A DNA stretch of 64,000 nt from Oscillospiraceae bacterium (lineage in GTDB: Bacteria; Bacillota; Clostridia; Oscillospirales; Ruminococcaceae): positions 13,776 to 77,775 of the forward strand of contig JAZNTW010000013.1 of assembly GCA_045591925.1 (NCBI GenBank), written 5' to 3'. Position 1 is the stretch's first letter, and every line of letters starts with the position of its first letter. This document shows, one piece after another, positions 45,744-55,398 of this stretch. The notes beneath the pieces were generated by a model. The model saw nothing but the letters and a program-made list of their open reading frames with translations. It searched no databases and was not told the origin of the DNA. A program made the translations under genes and the position numbers.

Positions 45744-47881
45744 GAATTATCAAACGCAACGGCGCAGAAGTGCCGTATGACTGTGAAAAGATACGAGCCG
45801 CTATATCTGCGGCAAATGCAGAGGTTGACGATAGGATCACCGATACAGCTATCGGCTTTATCGTCGGCAGAGTTGAGCAGCGGTGTGATGCTCTTGCAAG
45901 GCCTGTCCATGTCGAGGAAATTCAGGACATGGTCATTGATGAACTGAATCACGCCGAAGCGTACAAACTTGCACGCCATTACAGCGAGTACCGCCTGCGT
46001 CATGAGCAGCAGCGCCGGATGAATACCACAGACGGAAAAATCCTCAGTTTGCTGGAACGCAACAATGAGGAAGCCAAACAGGAGAATGCCAACAAGAACC
46101 CGATCATCAACAGCACGCTCCGCGACTATATGGCGGGTGAAGTCAGCAGAGACATCTGCCGCCGCTTCCTTTTTCCGAAAGATGTGATCGCCGCCCATGA
46201 TGACGGCATCATTCATGTACACGATCTGGACTACATCGCAGAGCCGATGCACAACTGCTGTCTGGTGAATCTGGAGGATATGCTTCAGAACGGCACAGTG
46301 GTATCCGGCACTATGATTGAGAAACCGCACAGCTTTTCAACTGCCTGCAATATCGCAACGCAGATTATCGCACAGGTGGCATCGAATCAATATGGCGGTC
46401 AGACGGTGTCTTTGGCACATCTCGCGCCTTTCGTGGATGTCAGCCGGCAGAAGATACGAGCTGAGGTGTTCGAGGATGTGAACTGCGACTGCGGGGCAAA
46501 GCTGTCTGAGGAGGAACTTGACCACATCGTAGAAAAGCGTGTGCGCCGGGAAGTCAAGCGAGGCGTACAGACCATCCAGTACCAGATCAATACGCTGCTT
46601 ACCACCAACGGGCAGACTCCGTTTGTCACGGTGTTCATGTATCTGGGCGAGGTGCCGGAGGGACAGACCAGAGATGACCTTGCACTCATTATCGAGGAAA
46701 CGCTGCTTCAGCGTATCGAGGGCGTGAAAAACGAGAAGGGCGTGTGGATCACACCGGCATTCCCCAAGCTGATCTACGTTCTCGATGAGGACAATATTCA
46801 GCCCGGTACCAAGTATTACTACCTGACTGAGCTTGCCGCGAAATGTACTGCAAAGCGCATGGTTCCCGACTATATCTCCGCCAAGGTGATGCGAAAGCTA
46901 AAGGGCGATGTGTATGCCTGCATGGGCTGCCGCAGTTTTCTCACGCCTTCGGACAATCACAAGTATTACGGTCGCTTCAATCAGGGAGTTGTGACGATCA
47001 ATCTGGTGGATGTGGCGTGTTCTTCCAATGGTGATGAAGAAAAGTTCTGGCAGCTTCTTGAGGAACGCTGTGAGTTATGCTTCAAGGCACTGATGTGCAG
47101 GCATGACCGCCTGAAAGGAACGCCATCCGATGTTGCACCGATTCTCTGGCAGTACGGCGCACTGGCGAGACTGAAAAACGGTGAGGTCATTGACGATCTG
47201 CTGTATAACAACTACAGCACAATTTCCCTCGGCTATGCCGGCATCGCAGAAATGACCTACCGCATGACAGGCTGTTCGCATACAGAACCGGCGGGAAAAG
47301 CATTCGCCATTTCCGTGATGCGGTTCCTGAATGACAAGTGCAGCAAGTGGAGAGCCGAGAGCAATATCTCGTTCTCGCTGTACGGTACACCGATGGAATC
47401 CGTCACCTACAAATTCGCTCAGTGCTTGCAGCGCAGACACGGCATCATTCCGAATGTCACGGATAAAAGCTATATCACTAATTCTTATCATGTCCATGTG
47501 ACAGAGCCGATCGATGCCTTCAGCAAGCTGATATTTGAGGCGGAATTTCAGGAGCTTTCTCCCGGCGGTGCGATCAGCTATGTGGAAGTGCCTAACTTGC
47601 AGAACAACATCCCGGCGGTGTTGGCGCTGATGCGGCATATTTACGAAACGATCCTGTATGCCGAACTGAATACGAAGTCCGACTACTGTCAGGCTTGCGG
47701 ATATGACGGCGAGATCGGGATCGTGGAAGAAGACGGCAAGCTGATCTGGGAATGCCCGAACTGCGGTAACCGTGATCAGCGGACGCTGAATGTCTGCCGC
47801 CGCACCTGCGGATACCTCGGAACGCAGTTCTGGAATCAGGGGCGTACTGCCGAGATCAAGGATCGGGTGATGCACCTGTGA
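45740..47881 (+). CDS. nrdD: Anaerobic ribonucleoside-triphosphate reductase
   Basis: N-terminal ATP-cone (IIKRNGAEVPYDCEKI). C-terminal Cys cluster and glycyl-radical motif RRTCGYLG. Confidence 0.9.
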   Translation: MRIIKRNGAEVPYDCEKIRAAISAANAEVDDRITDTAIGFIVGRVEQRCDALARPVHVEEIQDMVIDELNHAEAYKLARHYSEYRLRHEQQRRMNTTDGKILSLLERNNEEAKQENANKNPIINSTLRDYMAGEVSRDICRRFLFPKDVIAAHDDGIIHVHDLDYIAEPMHNCCLVNLEDMLQNGTVVSGTMIEKPHSFSTACNIATQIIAQVASNQYGGQTVSLAHLAPFVDVSRQKIRAEVFEDVNCDCGAKLSEEELDHIVEKRVRREVKRGVQTIQYQINTLLTTNGQTPFVTVFMYLGEVPEGQTRDDLALIIEETLLQRIEGVKNEKGVWITPAFPKLIYVLDEDNIQPGTKYYYLTELAAKCTAKRMVPDYISAKVMRKLKGDVYACMGCRSFLTPSDNHKYYGRFNQGVVTINLVDVACSSNGDEEKFWQLLEERCELCFKALMCRHDRLKGTPSDVAPILWQYGALARLKNGEVIDDLLYNNYSTISLGYAGIAEMTYRMTGCSHTEPAGKAFAISVMRFLNDKCSKWRAESNISFSLYGTPMESVTYKFAQCLQRRHGIIPNVTDKSYITNSYHVHVTEPIDAFSKLIFEAEFQELSPGGAISYVEVPNLQNNIPAVLALMRHIYETILYAELNTKSDYCQACGYDGEIGIVEEDGKLIWECPNCGNRDQRTLNVCRRTCGYLGTQFWNQGRTAEIKDRVMHL

Positions 47882-48399
47882 AATACTGCGGTCTGAATAA
47901 AAACGACATTGCCAACGGCGAAGGTGTCCGTGTGTCGCTTTTCGTCAGCGGATGCCGGAATCACTGCAAAGGGTGTCATAATCCGGAAGCGTGGGATTTC
48001 GGCTACGGTCAGCCGTTCACTGTCGAAATCGAAAAAGAGATCATCAATGCCCTGCGTCCTTCTTGGATTCAGGGCATTTCCATACTCGGCGGTGAACCCT
48101 GCGAGGAGGAGAACGAGCGTGTGCTGCTGCCGCTGCTGAAGAAGATCTGGTGGGAGATGCCGGACAAGGATATCTGGCTGTTCTCCGGATACACCTACGA
48201 GATGCTTCGGGGCGAGGAAATCCTCCGTTATGTCGATGTGCTTGTGGACGGTCCGTTCCTGCTGGAACAGAGGGACATCTCCCTTGCATTCCGGGGCAGC
48301 AGGAATCAGCGCATCCTCCGTCTGCGAGGCGGTGAGGCGGTCGGGTACCCCGCCCTCAGTCGAGGGGGCGGAGCTTCCGGGCGTACACCTTCTCGATGA
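47878..48399 (+). CDS. nrdG: Anaerobic RNR activating protein (radical SAM)
   Basis: CRNHCKGC (CxxxCxxC) near the N-terminus; GTGA overlap with nrdD. The last ~20 aa look like run-on sequence. Confidence 0.85.
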   Translation: MKYCGLNKNDIANGEGVRVSLFVSGCRNHCKGCHNPEAWDFGYGQPFTVEIEKEIINALRPSWIQGISILGGEPCEEENERVLLPLLKKIWWEMPDKDIWLFSGYTYEMLRGEEILRYVDVLVDGPFLLEQRDISLAFRGSRNQRILRLRGGEAVGYPALSRGGGASGRTPSR

Positions 48400-48544
48400 A
48401 CTGCCGCTGGCGGTCGTTCTCCAGCTCGTAGACCACCCGATGGTGATTCCTGTCGATCTTTTCGAGCAGGATCACATGATCCGGCATGGCGGTCTTGAGC
48501 TGTGCGCCCTTCTGGTAGTTGTTAATGGTAACCTCGTACTTCAT
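48356..48544 (-). CDS. Small minus-strand protein (62 aa) convergent with nrdG
   Basis: Internal ATG 48544 of track ORF 48356..48670, preceded by GCGGAGGA. Its 3' end overlaps the nrdG 3' end by 44 nt. Confidence 0.5.
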   Translation of the reverse strand: MKYEVTINNYQKGAQLKTAMPDHVILLEKIDRNHHRVVYELENDRQRQFIEKVYARKLRPLD

Positions 48545-48754
48545 ATCTGTGTCCTCCGCATTCTGTATTCGGTGGGGTTTCCCCTCGTTCCGTTGTACCC
48601 ATATTACCACGTTATCGGGGTAATAGCAAGCGGCTAAATGTACAGAACATCGGGCGCAGATCATGCACATTTGTTGTGCATATTACGACTAGGAAAGGAG
48701 CAGTATGAGCCGGAAATCAAAGAAGAATAAGCCTCGCATCGTGCTGAAAATGCG

Positions 48755-49039
48755 GTGCGGTGTGATAAGTGCGGATGTGCATTTGTACCGGAAACGCTGA
48801 CACAGCGTGAGGGCGAGATCGAATACAGCTTCTTCCGCTGCGACTACTGCGGTAAGGCGTATCTCGTATCCGTTACGGATGCAGACCTCCGCAAGGATAT
48901 CCGCAGGTACAGAACGCTTGCGGAAAAGCACAAGATCAAGCCGCTGAGTGAGCAGTCGCTCCGTGAAATGGCTGCGCTGAAGGAGCAGAACCTAAGACGA
49001 GCTGCAAAGCTGCGGCAATTGTACTATGTGGAGGGATGA
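48755..49039 (+). CDS. Zinc-ribbon protein; N-terminus probably disrupted by a 5-bp tandem duplication
   Basis: CDKCG...CDYCG. The GTG start lacks an SD. The strong SD + ATG at 48705 opens a 31-codon ORF that would be in frame if one GCGGT copy were removed. Confidence 0.55.
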   Translation: MRCDKCGCAFVPETLTQREGEIEYSFFRCDYCGKAYLVSVTDADLRKDIRRYRTLAEKHKIKPLSEQSLREMAALKEQNLRRAAKLRQLYYVEG

Positions 49040-49040
49040 A

Positions 49041-50315
49041 ATGAAAACAGCAGAACTTCGTGTGATCCCTGTCACGGAGCTGAAGCCGGCGGAATATAAC
49101 CCGCGCAAAAAGCTGAAGCCCGGTGACAAGGAATACGAAAAAATCAAAAACAGCATCGAGGAATTCGGCTTTGCCGATCCGCTGGTAGTCAATGCCGATA
49201 TGACCATCATCGGCGGACATCAGAGACTGACCGTAGCGACGGCGCTCGGATACACTGAGGTACCCTGCGCCGTGGTGGACATCGACAAGGTGCGGGAGAA
49301 GGCGCTGAATATTGCGCTCAACAAGATCACGGGTGCATGGGACGAGAGCCTTCTGGCAGAACTGCTCGAAGACATCCAGAACAGTGACTTTGATCTCGGA
49401 AAGACCGGCTTTGATCCGCCGGAGATCGAACAGCTTTTCAATCAGGTACACGACAAGCAGGTCAAAGAGGACAGCTTCGATGTGGCGGAGGAGCTGCAAA
49501 AGCCGACCTTCTCGCAGCCGGGAGATATCTGGATTCTCGGCAGGCACAAAGTCATCTGCGGTGACAGTACAGTCGCAGAAACCTATACAAAGCTGATGGA
49601 CGGGCAGAAGGCAAACCTTGTCCTGACAGATCCCCCTTATAATGTGGATGTTGAGGAGACCGCCGGCAAGATCATGAATGACAACATGAGTGACAGCGAT
49701 TTCTACAACTTCCTGCTTGCCGCCTATAAGTGTATGTATGACAGCCTCGCCGATGACGGCAGCATCTATGTATGGCACGCCGATACCGAGGGGCTGAACT
49801 TCCGCAGGGCATTCAAGGAGGCGGGATTCCAGCTTTCCGGCTGCTGTATCTGGAAAAAGAATTCACTGGTTCTCGGCAGGAGCCCCTATCAGTGGATTCA
49901 TGAGCCGTGTCTCTTCGGATGGAAGCAAAAGGGAAAGCACCAATGGTACGCAGACCGCAAACAGACGACCGTCTGGGAGTATGACAAGCCCAAAAGCAGC
50001 CCCGACCATCCGACCACAAAGCCGATCCCGCTGATGGCATATCCCATCAAAAACAGCACCATGACAAACGGTATCGTCCTCGATCCGTTCCTCGGCAGCG
50101 GTTCCACGCTGATTGCCTGCTGTGAGACAGACCGTGTTTGCCGGGGCATCGAACTTGATCCGAAATTCGTGGATGTCATCGTCAAGAGGTATCTGGCATG
50201 GTGTCACGAAAAGCAGACTGCCGAGGTCGCATATGTTATCCGTGACGGGCAGAAGCTGTCTTTCGATGAAGCAGTCGCAACGATGCCGACAGAGGACGGT
50301 GATGCCAATGGATGA
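49041..50315 (+). CDS. ParB-like nuclease domain fused to N6/N4 DNA methyltransferase
   Basis: ParB-N pattern (IPVTELKPAEYNPRK...IIGGHQR), then VLTDPPYN and LDPFLGSGST. Confidence 0.85.
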   Translation: MKTAELRVIPVTELKPAEYNPRKKLKPGDKEYEKIKNSIEEFGFADPLVVNADMTIIGGHQRLTVATALGYTEVPCAVVDIDKVREKALNIALNKITGAWDESLLAELLEDIQNSDFDLGKTGFDPPEIEQLFNQVHDKQVKEDSFDVAEELQKPTFSQPGDIWILGRHKVICGDSTVAETYTKLMDGQKANLVLTDPPYNVDVEETAGKIMNDNMSDSDFYNFLLAAYKCMYDSLADDGSIYVWHADTEGLNFRRAFKEAGFQLSGCCIWKKNSLVLGRSPYQWIHEPCLFGWKQKGKHQWYADRKQTTVWEYDKPKSSPDHPTTKPIPLMAYPIKNSTMTNGIVLDPFLGSGSTLIACCETDRVCRGIELDPKFVDVIVKRYLAWCHEKQTAEVAYVIRDGQKLSFDEAVATMPTEDGDANG

Positions 50316-51111
50316 GCTGAAGCCTCAGTTTCATGTGGTTTCGCTGTCCGGCGGGAAAGACAGCACAGCGATGCTCCTGAAAATGCTCGAAATGGGGATG
50401 CAGGTCGATTTGGTGTTATTCTGCGATACACGTCTGGAATTCCCACAAATCTATACGCATCTACGAAAAATCGAGGAAAACACCGGCATCAAAATTACAA
50501 CCGTCAAGAGCGAATACACATTTGAGTATCTTATGCTCCATAAGCCCATCAAGCGGAAGAAGCCGGAACTGCGCGGCAAGACCGGGTATAGTTGGGCGGG
50601 GCCGCTGATGCGGTGGTGTACCAATCTTCTGAAAACCGTACCTCGTGAGAAATATCTCAGTGAACTGCGGAAGAAGTACACCGTGATCGAGTACATCGGC
50701 ATTGCCGCCGATGAGACGGAGCGCATCATGCACAAGTGCAATAGCCGACCGAATGTCCGTCTGCCGCTTGTGGAGTGGGGCATGACGGAAGCCGACTGCC
50801 TGCAATACTGCAAGGAGCGCGGCTATGACTGGGGCGGTCTGTATGAGAAGTTCGGAAGGGTGTCCTGCTGGTGCTGTCCGCTGCAGCCGCTGAACGAGCT
50901 GCGAATCCTCTATTTCGATTTTCCCGACCTCTGGGAACAGCTCAGAGCTTGGGATGACAAAACATGGCGCACCTTCAAGCCCGGCTGGTCAGTCCGGAAA
51001 CTGGAGGCGCGTTTTGATTTTGAGCTGGAATGGCAGACAGACGGTAATCAGCTCGGCACAAAGGAATTCCGCAAGGCACTGAAAAAGAGACTGGAGGGTG
51101 TCGATGGCTGA
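50308..51111 (+). CDS. PAPS-reductase-like PP-loop ATPase
   Basis: ATG 50308 overlapping the previous gene. SLSGGKDST PP-loop. Confidence 0.75.
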   Translation: MDELKPQFHVVSLSGGKDSTAMLLKMLEMGMQVDLVLFCDTRLEFPQIYTHLRKIEENTGIKITTVKSEYTFEYLMLHKPIKRKKPELRGKTGYSWAGPLMRWCTNLLKTVPREKYLSELRKKYTVIEYIGIAADETERIMHKCNSRPNVRLPLVEWGMTEADCLQYCKERGYDWGGLYEKFGRVSCWCCPLQPLNELRILYFDFPDLWEQLRAWDDKTWRTFKPGWSVRKLEARFDFELEWQTDGNQLGTKEFRKALKKRLEGVDG

Positions 51112-51883
51112 TGTGAAATGCGTTTTACTGCATGATAATTTCCAAAACTTCAAAGGCTACAACATCCCGAAGGCGCAGCTTGTTATCGCAGACATCCCGT
51201 ATAACATCGGCGGCGATTTTTATGCCAGCCGTCCCGACTGGTATGTAGACGGCGACAATCAGAACGGCGAAAGCAGCAAAGCACACAAGGCTGCATTTCA
51301 CACGGACTACACCTTTAACATCGCTGAATACTTCGCCTTCTGTAACCGACTGCTCAAAAAAGAGCCGTCCAAAGGTGAAAAGGACGCTCCGTGTATGATC
51401 GTGTTCTGCGCCTTTCAGCAGATACCGAAGGTCATCCGGCAGGCGGAGAAATACGGCTTCAAGAAGTATCAGTTTTTGTGCTTTATGAAGAATTATAGTC
51501 CGCAGGTGCTGAAAGCGAACATGAGGATCGTGGGAGCAACAGAATATGCACTGGTGCTTTACAGAAACAAGCTGCCGAAGTTCCGCAATACCGATGCGGA
51601 CGGCAAGCGGCACATGATCTTCGACCACTTCGACTGGGTGCGTGACGGCAGGGATATCCCGAAGATACATCCGAGCCAAAAGCCGGTGAATCTTCTGAAA
51701 CGGCTGATCGGTATTTTTACCGATGAGGGCGATGTGGTTATCGATCCCTGCGCCGGTTCAGGCTCTACGCTGCGTGCGGCGAGGGAGCTTGGCAGACACA
51801 GCTACGGCTTTGAAGTCAGCAGGGATTTTTACAACAAAGCCTGTGAGCAGATGCTTGGGGAGGTGCTGGATGACAAAGCATGA
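51104..51883 (+). CDS. N6/N4 DNA methyltransferase
   Basis: VIADIPYN (DPPY variant) and SQKPVNLLKRLI...VIDPCAGSGST. Confidence 0.8.
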   Translation: MADVKCVLLHDNFQNFKGYNIPKAQLVIADIPYNIGGDFYASRPDWYVDGDNQNGESSKAHKAAFHTDYTFNIAEYFAFCNRLLKKEPSKGEKDAPCMIVFCAFQQIPKVIRQAEKYGFKKYQFLCFMKNYSPQVLKANMRIVGATEYALVLYRNKLPKFRNTDADGKRHMIFDHFDWVRDGRDIPKIHPSQKPVNLLKRLIGIFTDEGDVVIDPCAGSGSTLRAARELGRHSYGFEVSRDFYNKACEQMLGEVLDDKA

Positions 51884-52076
51884 ATGTGCGGTCGTGACCG
51901 CGTACACAGAGATTTCGATGCTGAAAGGCGATGATCTGAAATATCTGTATAATTACCTTTCCGGCTTCATCGGCAGACCGGTGTATACACACGAGATTCC
52001 TGCGGTGGCGGCAGCTTATAGGAAACAGATCAGAGAGGATTTCCTTGCGATATGCAGGAATGCGACCGATGCCTGA
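51870..52076 (+). CDS. Hypothetical small protein
   Basis: 68-aa ORF with GGGGAGG upstream, overlapping both neighbours. Confidence 0.5.
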   Translation: MTKHECAVVTAYTEISMLKGDDLKYLYNYLSGFIGRPVYTHEIPAVAAAYRKQIREDFLAICRNATDA

Positions 52077-52704
52077 CCTTGTAAAAAGCATCGGCTACGA
52101 TCAGGGCGAGATCATCCGGAACATTCTAAAGCTCCATGTGCCGGAGGGAAGAATCGATTGCGATCCGACCTTCAGCACAGGGGCTTTCTACAATGGAACG
52201 GACATTGCCCTGCCGCAGTACCGCTTTGATATCTTTCCGCAGCGGAGCGATGTAGTACAGTCGGATGCAAGGCATCTTCCGCTTGCAGACAGCAGTATTT
52301 CCTGCATGATGCTCGATCCGCCGTTTTTAGCGACCAAAGGAAAATCGCTGAGCAGAACTGACGGCAACATCATCAACAGGCGTTTTGGTGTATATCCCGA
52401 TGAAAAGAGCCTACACCGATGCTATTCGGATATGCTTTCGGAGGCATACAGAGTCCTGAAACCGGACGGCATCCTGATCTTCAAGTGTCAGGACAAGGTC
52501 AGCAGCGGCAGGCAGTATCTGAGCCATGTTTATATCATAAACGAGGCGGTAAAGATCGGCTTCTATCCGAAAGACATCTTTGTGCTGCTTGCGAAAAGCC
52601 GACTGGTAGCTGACTGGCAAAAGCGGAATCAGAAGCACAGCCGCAAGTATCATGCGTATTTTATCGTGCTTCAAAAATCTGACAGGCGCATCAAGTACGT
52701 CTGA
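52069..52704 (+). CDS. Putative small DNA methyltransferase
   Basis: IDCDPTFSTGAFY (motif I-like) followed by MLDPPF (motif IV-like). Confidence 0.5.
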   Translation: MPDLVKSIGYDQGEIIRNILKLHVPEGRIDCDPTFSTGAFYNGTDIALPQYRFDIFPQRSDVVQSDARHLPLADSSISCMMLDPPFLATKGKSLSRTDGNIINRRFGVYPDEKSLHRCYSDMLSEAYRVLKPDGILIFKCQDKVSSGRQYLSHVYIINEAVKIGFYPKDIFVLLAKSRLVADWQKRNQKHSRKYHAYFIVLQKSDRRIKYV

Positions 52705-52718
52705 GTCAGGAGGAATAA

Positions 52719-55079
52719 ATGAAAACAAAACATCTGACGCTCGGCAGCCTGTTTGACGGCTCCGGCGGCTTTCCGCTTGGCGGCATCCTCGCAGGGATCG
52801 AGCCGAAGTGGAGCAGCGAAATTGAACCTTTCCCGGTACTTGTCACGCACAGGCGTCTGCCGGGGGTAAAGCACTACGGCGATGTATCTACGCTGAACGG
52901 CGCGGAGCTTCCGCCGGTAGATATCATCACCTTCGGCAGCCCGTGCCAAGACCTGTCCATTGCGGGCAAGCGTGCCGGAATCCATCACGGTGATCGGTCG
53001 AACCTGTTCTTTCAGGCGATCCGTATCATCAAAGAAATGAGGGATGCAACAAATGGACAATACCCGCGATACTGCGTCTGGGAGAACGTCCCCGGCGCTT
53101 TCTCCTCCAACGGAGGAAATGACTTCAAAGCTGTCCTCGAAGCAGTTATCGGAGTTAAAGAAGAAGGGATCGAGGTGCCTGCGCCTGAAAATCACAGATG
53201 GGCAAAAGCAGACGTATATCTGGGAGACAGATGGAGCGTGGCTTACCGAGTTTTCGATGCTCAATACTGGGGTGTCCCCCAGCGAAGAGCAAGAATCTAC
53301 CTTATCGCAGATTTTGCTGGCGGAAGTGCCGGAGAAGTATTATTTAAGTCCGAAGGCGTGTCTGGGTATACTCCGCAGGGCTTCCGTGCGTGGCAAGGAG
53401 TTGCCGGAGGTGCTGCGGAAAGCGCTGGAGAGACAGGCGGGCGGTCTGACGCTGGAGGTGGAACCCTCTGCCTGAATCCGCAGGGCAATTCCGGTGTCGG
53501 CATCACCGAGGACAAAGCGCTTGCGCTGGTCGCTCAGGATCATGGCAATCATCCTGCGGTGCTTCACGCAGTCGGCATTGACGGCTACAATGCCGCAGTG
53601 ACCGATGATACCGCAGCAACGCTCGGTGTAAATTGCGGAATGTCAACCGGCAGAAACGGTGTCCTACAGGCGGCGGGATTCTCAACGGAACACAGCGCAA
53701 AGGCTCGGAGCATCGGCTACGAGGAGGAAGTCTCCCCGACGCTGAGAGCCGGTGTCGTTCCGGCGGCACTCTCGGTCGAAAACCATCCGACAGACGGTCG
53801 CGTAAAGATTCGTGAGGATGACACCTGCCAGACTCTTTGCAGCCGAGCCGGAACAGGCGGAAATAATGTGCCGCTTGTCGCTGAACCTGTCACATTGAAG
53901 ATCAGGTCAGGATGTGCAGGCGGCGGCAAGGGCGCTCTTTGGCAGACCGATAAATCTGCAACGCTCGGAACGAATAATGACCAGACGCTCTTTCAGCCGG
54001 AAATCAAAGCCTTCGGTGTATGCAGCAAGCATTCCAATGCGATGATGTCAGACAATCCGCACAGCGGTTTCTATGAAGCGACTACAAGCAGAACACTCGA
54101 CCAAAGTGGCGGTCATGCGATATCAAGCAATCAGGGCGGCATCTGCGTGGTAGCACCTGCGCCGGAGACATTCGATGTGCGTTTCACATCTGACGGCACA
54201 AAGAATGCACGTGGGCATTGCTACCCGACGGACATTTCCCGATGCCTTGATACAAGTGAGGCAAATCCGGACAGTAATCACGATGGAGTTGCAGTGGTTG
54301 CGCTTGAACCGGGGGCTGCATCCCGTGTCGGCGGTCATGTATATAGTGACGGCAAAAGCGGAACGCTCCGTGCCAATGCCGGAGATAATCAGCAGGCTGT
54401 TGTGATGCCTGAAACATTCTCCCTGCAAGGCTCAATGATCGGACGCTCGGATGAGAACGGGCCGCAGGGTGACGGCATCAACGAGGATGTGTGCTTTACG
54501 CTGAATACAACGGACAGGCACGCTGTCGCCGCACCTGATCCGGCTTACGCAATTTCCCGTGACAATCACTTCGCCGTTTCGGAGGATGTATCTGTCACGG
54601 CGGTGGCAAGAGGTCCTGCGGCAGTCGCAGCACCGGCAGACCACTATTGCACCAGTAAAAATTCCCACCACACAGTGGCGGCACACGAACAGGCAAACAC
54701 GCTGGTCGCTTCCGACTGGAAAGATCCTCCGCTTGTGAACGACCTTCCGAATGACGAGCCGGTATATATCGTTCGCCGTCTGACTCCGGTGGAGTGCGCC
54801 AGATTGCAGGGATTCCCTGACTGGTGGTGTGCCGACCTTGCAATTACTGATCCTTCCGATGAGGAGATCGCTTTCTGGACGGAGGTCTGGGAAACATGGC
54901 GGCAAATCACCAATCCCAAGGGCAAGCCAAAAACGGAAAAGCAGATCAGAAAATGGTTGGCTGATCCGTACACGGATTCAGCGGAGTACAAGCTGTGGGG
55001 CAACGGTGTCTCAGAGCCGGTCGTATACTTCGTGCTTTCCGGCATCGCATGGGCAGCGCAGAGAGATACACAAAAGTGA
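52719..55079 (+). CDS. DNA (cytosine-5)-methyltransferase with greatly expanded variable region
   Basis: Motif I LFDGSGG, IV GSPCQDLS, VI ENVPG, VIII QRRARIYL, IX RLTPVECARLQGFP, X GNGVSEP. About 490 aa lie between motifs VIII and IX. Confidence 0.9.
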   Translation: MKTKHLTLGSLFDGSGGFPLGGILAGIEPKWSSEIEPFPVLVTHRRLPGVKHYGDVSTLNGAELPPVDIITFGSPCQDLSIAGKRAGIHHGDRSNLFFQAIRIIKEMRDATNGQYPRYCVWENVPGAFSSNGGNDFKAVLEAVIGVKEEGIEVPAPENHRWAKADVYLGDRWSVAYRVFDAQYWGVPQRRARIYLIADFAGGSAGEVLFKSEGVSGYTPQGFRAWQGVAGGAAESAGETGGRSDAGGGTLCLNPQGNSGVGITEDKALALVAQDHGNHPAVLHAVGIDGYNAAVTDDTAATLGVNCGMSTGRNGVLQAAGFSTEHSAKARSIGYEEEVSPTLRAGVVPAALSVENHPTDGRVKIREDDTCQTLCSRAGTGGNNVPLVAEPVTLKIRSGCAGGGKGALWQTDKSATLGTNNDQTLFQPEIKAFGVCSKHSNAMMSDNPHSGFYEATTSRTLDQSGGHAISSNQGGICVVAPAPETFDVRFTSDGTKNARGHCYPTDISRCLDTSEANPDSNHDGVAVVALEPGAASRVGGHVYSDGKSGTLRANAGDNQQAVVMPETFSLQGSMIGRSDENGPQGDGINEDVCFTLNTTDRHAVAAPDPAYAISRDNHFAVSEDVSVTAVARGPAAVAAPADHYCTSKNSHHTVAAHEQANTLVASDWKDPPLVNDLPNDEPVYIVRRLTPVECARLQGFPDWWCADLAITDPSDEEIAFWTEVWETWRQITNPKGKPKTEKQIRKWLADPYTDSAEYKLWGNGVSEPVVYFVLSGIAWAAQRDTQK

Positions 55080-55156
55080 ACGCATAACGTGCCCGTTTTG
55101 AAACGATGAAACGAAAACTCCCGAATCTGCGTTACTTTGATTTCGCAAAGATACAC

Positions 55157-55339
55157 TCATTCAGATTTCTTGTCTCCGCCAAGCTTGATCTTTCCGTGCT
55201 TTTCCTCATATTTTTCAATGCAGTCACGGATCAGGATCAGAACCTGACTGTTGGCAGAACGACCTTCGTAATCAGCAACAACGTGAAGTTTATCAAGCAT
55301 CTCCTGTTCAATACGGATGGATACACTTTTAATAGCCAT
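55157..55339 (-). CDS. Ribbon-helix-helix (Arc/CopG-like) DNA-binding protein
   Basis: MAIKSVSIRIEQEMLDKLHVVADYEGRS is an N-terminal beta-strand + helix pattern typical of RHH. AT-rich islet on the minus strand. Confidence 0.65.
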   Translation of the reverse strand: MAIKSVSIRIEQEMLDKLHVVADYEGRSANSQVLILIRDCIEKYEEKHGKIKLGGDKKSE

Positions 55340-55389
55340 AAAACAACTTCCTTTCAGATATATTATGACTTTATTTTAGACCTGTTTTG

Positions 55390-55398
55390 TGGTATAAT
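55390..55398 (+). promoter_or_regulatory. Extended -10 promoter element upstream of the SLOG-like gene
   Basis: TGGTATAAT (TGnTATAAT) lies 55 nt before the ATG at 55453, in the divergent region shared with the RHH gene. Confidence 0.45.
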
